A stretch of DNA of 63,954 nt, counting the filler, from Basidiobolus ranarum (taxonomy: Eukaryota), in NCBI GenBank assembly GCA_040143965.1. It is 3 parts of 3 records of this genome, joined end to end, with 100 filler letters (N's around TTAATTAATTAA, not from the genome) between each part and the next. Parts side by side here need not be neighbours in the genome. Positions count along the whole stretch, not along the records: positions 43,564 to 63,954 come from JASJQH010007104.1; 2 more parts are not named here. One strand, 5' to 3'. Shown here in pieces: positions 48,670 through 60,400 of the stretch (within the stretch, counting starts at the first letter, position 1; each line of letters begins with the position of its first letter). The position numbers and the translations under genes are program-made. The notes below the pieces were generated by a model. That model was not told the DNA's origin. It saw nothing but the letters and a program-made list of their open reading frames with translations, and searched no databases.

Positions 48670-51600
48670 ATGTTCTCAACTTCCAAACGGTTTAACGATA
48701 AAGGTAAACACTATACCAACACTTACTTTATCACCAGTGATTTTTAAAGTCTTACGTATGAGTTTCTATTTATTCCAGTTAATAATACTCCTGGCCCCGG
48801 AGAATACAACTTGAACGCTCCTAACGGGGACAAATATAAGAAATATGGATTCTTACACAAGTCCAAACGGTTCAGTGATGGTGAAAGAGGTAAAGGTGAA
48901 TTTAGTTCATACTTTTAACAGAAATAACTTACTCATTTATTCCCCTTCCCTTTCTTCTTCCCACTCTTCCTTCCATATATACAGATGACTACGGTCTAGG
49001 TGAATACTGTGACTCCCCTGGACCTGAAACCCCACGAAAACCTCCCTCTAGGTCTAGTTCCTCTTTATCTCAACACCCAGGAAAGTCTATCGATGAGATG
49101 AAATATAAAAGAGAAGTAGGTCACTACCTTGGAAGAACATCACTTCCTGATATTGATTGTTCCCTATCAAGACTAAATATATGACACTTAGGTCGAACGC
49201 TGGAAGGAAAAGTATGAAAAGCAAAATCTAATACATGAAAAAGAACTTGAACACTTGGAAGAAAAATCTCGTAAACTTGAAATACAATACCAAAATGCAG
49301 TCAAAGAAAAGAATAATATAGTCGGTCAAGTAGCCATAAAAGAAAGTGAAATTCAGGAGTTAATCTTGAAGCAAAACCATTTAAAACTTAATGTAAACCA
49401 TTTTTCTTTACTTTTCCTTTCTCTCTTCTTCTCTTCTCTTCTCTCCTCTCCTCTCCTATACATCCCTCCTCTTTCATTGCCCTCTTTCGGAAATATTAAC
49501 TCTCATTCATTCGATTTCTCTATGTAGCTTGAAAAGACCGAAAGATCCGCTCAATCGTTGATGGATAAAGGCCCTAAAACGATCCAACTTCAAAAGCGTA
49601 TCGATGACTTGGAGAAACAGAATATCAAATTACGTGGTATCGCGGACAAAGCGGAAAAATCCAAAGAAAAGTCCATCTCAGATCAAATCACTCTAAAATC
49701 CATGATCACTACGATCAAGGCAGACCTCGAACAAAAAGGAACCGAACTGTTGGCCATTCAAATGGAAATGACCAAAGTTTCGGATAAAAATAAGAAAGAA
49801 GTGGACTCTTTAATGATACAAAAAGAACAGTTGATTCAAATGCATGCCAAAGAGATTCAAACCATTCAACAGTTACTGGATTCAACTAATGGTGAACTCG
49901 ATTCATTACGAAATCTGCTTCAGCAACGGGATCAGGTTATCGAGATGCTAGAGGGCGAGAAACAGCAAACTAACTTACTGATGGAACAATTGAAATCAAG
50001 CCACGCCCAGGAAATTGATAACCTTCAACAAACCATAGATACGGTGAAGCAAGAGCTACTGGAAGAGAGAGAAACTCTAAGTAGGCTCCAGGCTGAGTAC
50101 GCCCAGGAAACTGCAAAGCTGGCGAATGATCTCGAGACAAGTCGTCAAGAAACTTTGAATAAAGTTGAAGAAGGCAAGAAACTCGGTATGGAGCATACTG
50201 AAGCCACCAAGAAACTTCAACAAAATCTTCTAGATGCCCAAGAGAATTTTGACCAGGAGAAGTTGACATGGGGGAGTGAACGGGATTCTTTGAGCCGTGA
50301 CAAGTCTGAACTCACAGAGAAGTTAAATATACTGGAATCTGCACAGGGGGAATTGCGGATGCTGAGTGATCAACTTACCCAAGATAAAGTGTCACTAGAA
50401 CTGGAATTCCAAGAGAAACGTTCCGCCTACGAAAGCCAGATCACTTCCTTAAATCAGAGTTTACTGGAGTCGAGGGAGCTTTATGAGCAACTAGACGCCA
50501 CTCGAACCAAACAGAATGTCGAATTCGAAGTGCAAGTAAAAGCATTGGAAGACAAGTTACTTGAATTCCAATCCCTTGCGGAAACTAACAAATCCGGCTT
50601 ACTCAAAGAGATTGAAACCCTTAATGTCAAGGTAGAGAGCTTGTCTGTGGAACGTGATGAGCTGAACTCTCAATATACTGAGGATCTGTCCACTAAGGAT
50701 GGTCATATTGTAAGCTTAGAAGAAAAACTGGAATCCTGCGAATCTAAACTGGTTCAAAATTCGGCATCATGGGCTGAAGAAAAAGAAGTCCTCCAAGGTC
50801 GTATCAATGATCTCGAGTCTAGTAAGCAGCAACTTGACCTAGAGATCACCAGTTTACGTCAACAGATGCTGCAAGAACAATCCCGTCAAGCGGAGATTGT
50901 TAGCGATTTAGAAAAGAAACTCCAAGTTGAAATTGACGGACGCCGGGAAGATAGCGAGGCTTGGGTACAAGAAAAACTCGCACTGGTCCAAAAGCAGCAG
51001 GAAGAGACTGGCCATCTTCAGGAGTCCCATGACAAGATTGTTGGACATCTCGAACAGGAGAAGAATCAGCAAGCGATTACTATTGATCAGCTGAAATCTA
51101 AGATTGAGGCAGAGACTGATGCCCATGTTAAACTTGGAGAAAGGAGTGTCTCCGAAAGAGAAGCTCTACTCGTCGAACATACACAAAAACTCGAGTCAAT
51201 TCGAACTACCCACGGACAGGAAATCAATGAACTGCAATCTACTGTGGTAGAGCTTCAAGCAACTGCACAGGAAACCAACCAGAAACTTGCAAAAGCCACA
51301 GAATCGTTTAATGAAAAACGTAAGGATCTAGAGAGATCGATCCATGCGTTGGAATCGGATTTGGTCGCTGCCCAGAGTACTCTTGTCCAAAAAACGGAGG
51401 AATACAACGAGCACCTTGAAGTCAAAAACAACGAAATCCAAGCTCTCAAAATGAATCTACAAGAGAGCGAAGCAAAATATACTGAGGAATCTAAAGACCT
51501 CCAGTCTTCTATCGATGATCTCCACAAGCAACTTGAAGAGAAACAGGCTATGATCGCGTCTCTTGAAGGAGAGGTTACCGCATTACAAAATGCCGTTCAG

Positions 51601-53361
51601 CAAACCACCCGTGACATCGAGGAACTGCGGGAATCGAGCAAGAAACAGATCGCAGATCTAAGCCAGGATATGGAAAATGTCAATCAACAATTTGAGGAAT
51701 ACCGTGGCTCCAAGTCCGCTGAGATTAGCGAGTTGAGCAGCATTGTAGAGCGAGTAAATACTGAACTTGAGCAACAACGTGAGTCTAGCACCGAGAAGAT
51801 CGATGCCCTTCACATAGAGATTGATCGTATCTGTAGAGAGCACGATGAATATCGTGAATCCAAGGTAGTTGAGATCTCTCAGTTGAATAGCACCATCGAG
51901 CTTATCAACCAAGAGCTTTCGCAAGAAAAGGAATCCAACAGTGGCACCGTAACTGATTTGAAGAGCTCTATTCAGGATATCAGCCAAGAGTTTCAACAAT
52001 ATCGAGAGTCGAGCACCCACGATATTGCACAGCTCAAGGAAGAGCTCGAGCAAATCAGTGAAGAACTTGCACAGACCCAGGATTTCCTTGAGAGTGAGGT
52101 CGAGGCTCGTGATCAGCGAATTCAGCACCTTATGTCAGATCTCAAGGATCAGTATTTCCAGCGAAAGGAACTAGTGCAACAACAAACCGTTAAGATCCAA
52201 GAGCTCACTGCACAAGTCGCCAATCGCGACTTAAAGATTCATTCTCTCGAGAGCGAAGCGGACAGTCTAAGAGAGGAATTGGTGACACATGAGCAACAGG
52301 CCAAATCCTTAAATGATATTTTTGAGGGTATAAGCCTATCTTCTGCAAGTAATGGCACTGATGATGTTCAAGAGATGGAAAAGCTACACCATGAGTATCA
52401 GTCTCTTCATGGTGAATTCTCTCTCTTGCGCCAGGATTTCAACTCTGCACAAGAAGACGCCCAAGTCCAGAAGGAGGCTTTCGAGAGCTTGATACACATC
52501 AACAAGCAATTCTCTGCAGTCTCGCAGATTAAAGACCAGTTGGAATCGAGCTTAGCACTTTCCCTGCTGTCCAAGATGACTAATGAGTTTGAGGAAGAGC
52601 GCCGTCTCCTGAAAGAAGAAGTAGAAAAAGAACGGGCAGGAATCATTGCTACCAATGAGGCTCAAGCTCGCCGCATCAAAGACCTTGAAGCTAAAGTCAC
52701 CCAAATAAATGAACAATCCGAAGCTCAACTGAAATCCTCTACTCAACTACTGGACCAGAAGTTGGAACAAACCGAGCGTGAGCTACATCGCAAAGAGAGA
52801 GAAATCGAAAGTCTGGGTCGCCGTATCGAACAAGATATGTCCTCTTGGTTGTCAGAACGTAAACGCCTTGCCCAGATTGCTAACAATGCTGAAGCAGAAG
52901 TTGAAAAACTCATGTTGGAAGTGGACAGATTAAGATGCAAGGCTAATGCCGCCGATAATGCTCGCATGGAGATTGAGGAGCAGATGCAGCTTCAATCTCA
53001 GTTCCTTGCTCAAAAACACTCGATGGCTTTCGATGAATTGGCTAAAATCAGTGGCCAAAATGCCAAATTGCTCGGCCATAATAACTCCAAACAAAAGATC
53101 AAGCATATCACTCAACTTAAAGAAGAGAACATTGTCTTGAAGAAAGAGAATCTAAGCCTACTCAAAGCTCGTGATCAATACAAGATTAAGGTCATGCGTT
53201 TGGAGAGAGATTTGGAAGCCTACCAGAGCGTTACAGCCAATAATGGCAAGGTAATTCGGTCTCGTGCTGAACGAGCTTCTCGTAACGGGGTTATTTCGCC
53301 CCCGTTGGACTCAATCGAAGAAACGATGTCAATCATGGCAAGCGATCATGGTGAGTATTAG
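48670..53361 (+). CDS. HMMR: HMMR/RHAMM-like long coiled-coil protein (introns only near the 5' end)
   Basis: N-terminus MFSTSKRFNDK|VNNTPGPGEY...SKRF resembles HMMR (KRFND...PSPGAY...SQRF). About 1200 aa of coiled coil. C-terminal KLLGHNNSKQKIKHITQLKEEN matches the HMMR/KIF15 basic zipper (LLGHQN.KQKIKHV.KLK.EN). Confidence 0.8.
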
Positions 53362-54079
53362 AATGGAGCCAGCCACACCTCTCGCTATCTCTTGGAATCC
53401 TAGTCTAATTGGTCTTTGCTGAATTTACTTTGATTGTAATGATTTTTGACTCCGTCGACTTGCCCCGTCATTTGCTTCTCAATTACAGTCTTATCTCCGA
53501 CTGTTCTGTGAATAGCCCGTCTTCCCTTCCCTTTTAGTCCATTTCTTTTTAAAATATCGACCGATAGATGCTCCATGAATTCAACTGGGCTCTTGAATCA
53601 TCCCATTTTTATGTATGTTTATATTGACAATTAAAGTCTAAAGAATGGAATTTCCTTCAACAAACAACAGCGAAGTGCGATCCTTAATGCTAGCAGTTTC
53701 ATGAGCCTGCTCCACACAAAGGCCTTGAGCATAGTGCATTTAGTCTGCTCACCATGCAAGTTTCATCTCTCAACAGTAGCATACCTAATGAAACTGTTCT
53801 ATGCCAAGACTCATTCTTTAACTCGCCTCTATGATAGATTGGCCAATTTATTCAATCCTATAGGCCGGATCTAGTTGGATTTGATTGAAAATCTATGATG
53901 ATCATTATTCTCCATCCCACCAAAATTATAGTCACTTACGATCAGGGACAGCATTTTGGAGAAAAAAGGGAGGGTACGTTTGAGTATTATTACGCGATTC
54001 ACAACTTCGACAAAACCATTGTTTCCCATATCCTTTAAGAACACTACTCTCTTCCTTTATCAGTTACAAATACCGAGAA

Positions 54080-56428
54080 ATGGATATCAATAGTTTATTT
54101 AAGGTACTTTGATATATCTTTCTTTACACGATCTATTGTTGTGGCTATTTTAGAACCAACCTGTTCACTGAATTCCTCCAACTTCTTAGGCTCCAGCCAT
54201 TCCTAGTGGTAAAAATAAACGTAAATTACCAGCTGCTCCTTCTCTCGAAATGCTGAAAAAATTTCGTGAAGAAGAGCAAGGCGAAAGCTCAAGCGTTGCA
54301 CAGGAACCTCAAGAAGAAGAGGAACTCGATGGTGATGCTGAAGGCCGCTTCTTTGGCGATGGCTTGACTGATGAGCAACGAAACATCTTTGAATTTGTGG
54401 ATGCAGGTGATGAGCTCGAGGTATTCTATCAACTTACCTTCTCTTCCGATCAAATATACTAAACACTAAAACCTCCTATCAAACTCTTCACTATTCAGAC
54501 CGAGACTTTCGACGTTAATGGAGTAAAGAAAATGGTTCTGAAACTAGAAAAGGCAATCAACAAAAACCAAGAGATGAGAATGAAGTTTCCTGATGATCCC
54601 CAAAAGTATACGTCGACTTCTTCTTAATACCTATGCCATCCCCATTCTAAACCCGTACCAATACTCTCCTTTAGATTTTTGGAGTCTGAAGCTGAACTGG
54701 ACGAGGAAATCAAGCACTTCGCAGTTATCAGTGAAGCACCAGAGATGTACTCGAATTTGGTGGAGTTAAACGCGATTGCTTCTATATTATCGTTACTCAG
54801 TCATGAAAACACGGATATTGCTATATCTGCTATCGAGCTTCTTAATGCACTTACCGAAGACGACGACGACGGAACTAGTGAAGAGGCAGAAGAATCGATG
54901 AAAGTATTAATCGCGTCTCTGGTGAGTTCTTTATAATCATTGCGTAATCAGAGCAGATCACTCACCCTTGTTTTAGTTGGACAACCAAGGTTTAGAAGTA
55001 TTAGTCCAAAATCTTAATCGTCTAGATGAGACTCTGAACGAAGATAGAAATGGGGTGTTTCAAACTTTGGCGGTGGTGGAAAACCTAGTCTCTATTGAGC
55101 CCGAAATATCAGAGATCATTGTAGCAACTACACCCATCCTCACCTGGCTGTTGCAGCGAATCAATGTTAAGCCCATGGACTCTAACAGACAGTATAGCAG
55201 TGAAATCCTGGCTATTTTGCTACAGGATAGTAGAGCGAATCGCCTCAAGGCTAATGAACTCGATGCAATTGATAATATGCTGCGAGTTCTCAACGTAAGT
55301 AGATTCCCTACGTCCGTCAGGATTACGATCAACACTAATTCCCATTCAGGCGTACAAACGCAAGGATCCAAAGGATGCTGACGAGGTCGAATTTATGGAG
55401 AACGTGTTTGATGCTCTTAGCTCTTGTCTTCAGGAACCCGAGAGCAAGGCCATCTTTTTAGAGTGCGAAGGAAACGAATTAATGCTTATCATGCTCAAGT
55501 AAGTTCTTCTGGGCGGATTATTCACGATCACCGTAAGTAACCAAGTTGAACCTATCTAGGGAAAAGGTCATGTCAAGAATGAGAGCCCTGAAAGTACTGA
55601 ATTACGCTACTACCACTGTTGCTGGTGCCGATAATTGCAAACGCTTCGTAGAGATTTTGGGTCTCAAGACTCTCTTTTCCGTTTTTATGAAAAAAGTAAT
55701 TTTTAACATTAGTGATTATGGTTACGCTATCTTACGGCAACTGACCAGATTATACATTAGGGCGTGAAGAAGCTCAAAAAAGCATACAAGAATTTCTCAG
55801 ACAAGGAAGAAGAAGGTAGATATCGTCATTGTTGGCCTGCCTAATCCCAGAAATATGGATACTAACTTTCTTCAGAGCACGTGATGTGCATTATGGTGTC
55901 CTTGTTCAAATATCTTCCTGATGGCGTGGATCGCCTTCGTCTCTTCAACAAGTTTAATGAAAATGACTTTGAAAAAGTAGATAGGCTAGTAGAACTGTTT
56001 GAAGCATATACAGCCAAGGTTGAAATAGCCAATACCAGCATCGAGCACTCCAAGCAGGAGCTATTGGCTGAAGAAGGAGAGGTTACTGAAGACGACGAAA
56101 CTCAGTTCTACCTTAGAAGATTAGATGCCGGTCTTTTTACTCTCCAAATGGCTGCCATTTGTATTGGGTATCTTTGCAAGCATGACGAAACTGTAAGTGT
56201 ATCATTGATCATTGCTATTCTTCGGACATATTAACCTCAACTGATTTTATATAGCTCAAGAAGCGAATTGCTATGCTTTTAGGCCGTAAAAGTCACAGCC
56301 TTCAGTTCATCAAAGATACACTTCAAAATTATCTCAACAACCTTGGTGACAGTAGTTCGGAAAACGCCGAGGATCCTGTTCATTTCGAGAAAAAGCGCGT
56401 TGAAGAATTGATGAAATACATAGAATAG
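54080..56428 (+). CDS. CTNNBL1: Beta-catenin-like protein 1 (Prp19 complex)
   Basis: GRFFGDGL, NQEMRMKFPDDP.K|FLESEAELDEEI, LLSHENTDIAI, NRQYSSEILAILLQ, YLRRLDAGLFTLQ. Confidence 0.95.
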
Positions 56429-56625
56429 AGTGGTATTTACATTCGCTGTATTTGACAGGCTCACCTGAAATAGAACCTTTGTACAGAAATCAATAAACAC
56501 TAATGGTATGACGCATCTTTTGCACCATCATCTTCACACTCGTACTGTCTCGTTAACCATAGAACCAAAATCCCTCTTGTATACATCACTGTATTTTGTC
56601 ACATTTCTAATGAAACAATCGTCTA

Positions 56626-57285
56626 ATGAACATTGGAGATCGAAAGGCAGTTGGGCGTCATATTCGAAGTATTTTAATACTTAAGAACAATTGTCGTAAG
56701 GCTCCTACACAGGAGAAATACTCAGTTCAGTTTTAATCTTTTGGTTGTCACTAAAGGACTTGAAAAGAAAACAGTTACGAAGTTTAGGAGAATAAATAAA
56801 ATATCCACAAAAGAAGATGTACAGCATGCACACAAAGCCTGATCAGCTCTAAGAAGTACTTACCCTAAATAGGAGAAGATCGAGAAACACACTAGTGGTG
56901 ACAAGACGCTTGAGCAGGTAGCTTCTTTTGTCATGTAAATGATCAGTGAATTACCAATTGGGTATATGCAACAAACGCACTGAATAAAATAAAGGTAGGC
57001 AATGGTTGGGATCCGATGTATAAAATGACACTCAACAATGTCTCAGTTACAGGTATTTGATACTCCAGATATTCTCTTCATAATGAGAGCTGTACATATA
57101 AACTAAAAACTAAACGTGTCTTCTTTCTTGTTTGTTATGTGCTTTGTAAACGTTCTTGGATTCGGATATATTAACAAACATTAGCCCAAGGTGATAAATT
57201 ATTGATTGCAAAATTAAATATTTCATTAGTCTACAAGAAGGATATCCAAATCAAGTCAGTTAAACAATTATTAGCATTTAATTAG
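56626..57285 (+). CDS. Small hypothetical protein, 111 aa, 5 exons (56626-56695, 56757-56818, 56873-56917, 56995-57052, 57185-57285)
   Basis: Four GT-AG introns with compatible phases give one open frame from ATG to TAG. Absent from the ORF track because every exon is short. Confidence 0.6.
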
Positions 57286-57446
57286 TAATCACGATATGCT
57301 CATCTGCCGCAGCTGAAGTTTAGTTATTGTGACAGTGAGCTGATTGAATCCTATGCGGAAAAAGCCAAATTTCCAGAAAACAAATAAACAAATAGTGTGA
57401 CCTAGAAGTTACTCATTCTATCTATGTCAAACCCTGACGTTGAATA

Positions 57447-60400
57447 ATGGACGATCAAGACAAAGTTCAACCTGATGCAGACATAAATGATAGAAGGCAG
57501 TATGCAGCGGCAAAGAGCTCCCCAGAAGATCTACTCGAACAATTACTGGGAAACACAATTCTAAATCAAACTCATTCAACTCAAGAATACAATGAAGAAA
57601 TTGCACAATATTATATGTTAATTCGCACCGTTGTGAGTGCTTGCCTATCACCTGATTCAGAAGGTTTGAAAATCAGTTTTTTAAAATAATTAATTATTTG
57701 ATCTGATCTTTTGAAATCTGTAAATGATCTGTATTGTTGGTAGGTTTAGCTGAGGAGGAGAGGTTGTCACAGGCTCATAGTGCTATACGTCTCCTACAAC
57801 ATTCCTTTCAACATGTTCCAGATGTTGTCAATTACAAGGGTAATAGTACATCGAGTTCTGAAGTCACCCTAGTATTGGAGACTGAATCAGAGAAGCCAAA
57901 AGAAGACAGTAAATGTCGCTTTGATTTCTGGATACTCTCGTACCTTTTGAATGCTATTAAAGATACCAGCCTACAACCGATTCATGACATTATTGGTGAC
58001 ACCATATGCAGTCTGATAGATGTTACCAAAGGAAAGCTTGAGGACCCTTTGGGTTTCAAAGTGACGTTTAAATTCTTAGTGGAAATAACTCAAGGTATGA
58101 AATTTGTAATTCGTAGTGCGGTATTTAATAACTGAACATATCTCGCGCGAGCAGAAGTATTGTACATGGTATCGACCAAAGTGCGAGATTCAAATTTTCC
58201 ATGTAATTTGCAGCTAAGAAAAACTAAGGTAGGCGTCTTCAATATTACATCTAGAGCATTTATCAACGTTAACACTGATATTCATTAATAAAGAACCTGG
58301 ATTCTGGGCTAGAAGCCATACAATTCCGAACTGAAACGGAGGCCTCCACATTTTTAGTGAATCTATTTCATACAATTGCAAAGATCTTAAAGAAAAATAG
58401 TCAATTCTTTCGTGATTTGAAAGGGTCGCTGTGGAGAATTACCATAACTCAGTTGAAGCTATATGATAATGCTTTTCTCGTACCTGTAACTCAAGTAAGT
58501 GGAATTCTACGGCACGCACTGGAAGGCATTAACTAACAAAAGGATTTATGTAGGGAATTACAAACTTAATTTCTAGCTTGATCAAAGGGTATAAGAGTAT
58601 TCCATTGATACATATTGAAGATCTGCTTTATCATTTCCTTCTCCGAATATATCATCTCTTGATATCCAAAAACCCTAACACAATCGAGGGAACAGAGTAA
58701 GTGAATTTTCGTAGCATAAACCACTCCAGCTTTCTAATGGTATTCCTGTAGAGATATCATATTTAGCTTTGACCTTCAGGATCAAGTAGCTGCTTGCCTA
58801 AAACTGATCCTGGAATACCTTACAGCCCCTGCGACCTTGTTTTCATCTATATCTCTTTTGAAAGATTTGGTCATATCGAAAGACTTCATTCAGTTTTCAA
58901 CTCCTGATTTAATGGTAAGCAATTTACCAACTCTAAGCAGAATATTTAAAGAATGATTAACTGATACGTCGAAGAATGCGATCTTCAATATATTAGAAGT
59001 ACTCGTATATTTGATGGAGTATTCGCAAATTAAAGAATGCACTGATGCTTTGATCACAATCTTGGGTAGCAATAAACCTAAACAAGCCCTAACGAACTGC
59101 TTGATTAAAATGTGTAAAGTACAGGGCCCCGCTGAGACTAAATCGGTACGTGATATCCCCGCATTCATTATACCTAAGAAAATATTAATAATCCTTTTAG
59201 CTTGTTATAAACGAGTCGAAGAGGAAGTCAGCAGCTCAAGATTCTGAGGAATCTAGTGAATTGTAAGTAATTTCCTAAATTAAGAACAGTTTAGTTGTAA
59301 GCTAAATATGTATCGAAACTAAGGCAAAGCAGCGATAATAAGAGAATCAAGATAACTGTGAACCTTACCGGTGAAGAAGCTACCCTAGTTGAAAAGTATT
59401 TTGTTTTTCAAACAATTAACATGACCAGATTCTCACAATTTGTTTTTAGAAAACCAGCTAACTTTACACACGTCGGTTATACTGGATCCTTTGCAACTGA
59501 GCATTCATTTACTACCTCTAGCTATACGCTAAAGAAATTAATCGATATATATCTGGAGACTGTCAATAGATATCAAACTGCCAATCCTTCTTCTGTACAG
59601 CATAATGCATTTACATATATAGACGGTGTCTACTTGTATACTAACTTTTCTGTTTACCAAGATTATCGTTTTAGACGATATCTTTCTAATACAGGGGTCC
59701 TTGGAAGTTTTATCGATTGCTTTAGATGAATCTTCTGTAAAAGACTTACTTCCACCTGCTATACAGTTTGGCAAGAGATATCTCCGCGATTATACTAGGC
59801 TTTTTTCATCTGGGGTAATATATAATATAAACTCTTTCACTTGAGCTATTCATTAATTTTATAACATTTCAATAATATACTAGACTTCAATTGAGCCGGA
59901 GTGCCTATTGTCATGTTATCTTGTGATGTGCCAGTTTACAGAGGCTATTTTGAGAGCTTTTGGTTAGTAAAAGTTGTAGGAGCTTATATCCTGATATTGA
60001 TTAACAAGTATTCTTGTCTTATTTGAATAGATAATGATCTTAAAGATCAAGACTATACAACAATTAAGGAGGTACTGCTTTGTATATTAATTGTACCCTG
60101 GTTGAAAGATGTCCTTGGCTCAGAGGATATTGCTAATAAGATTCCGGAAGAGCTAGCACAAGAGGAGGCTATCTTTTTTGATTTGCTCAAAAAGCATTTT
60201 GATATTGACAAAGAGAAAATCTATTCCGCAGAATCATTGACAGCAATAGGCTCATCCGAACTTCAGGGAAACATTGTTTCATTGATGCCACTTTTCAAAG
60301 ATGTTCTTCCCTATTTGCGCTCAAAAATATATTCTTTTTGTTTATCAAAATCAGCTGATGTTAGCGTAAGAATAACTGCTTGGAAGCATTTGGCACTATT

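Noticed and set aside
54028-54067. ATATCCTTT...AC as an AT-AC minor intron in the CTNNBL1 5' region
   Set aside because: Only about 40 nt long, the branch (TTCCTTTAT) deviates from consensus, and there is no reading-frame constraint to support it.
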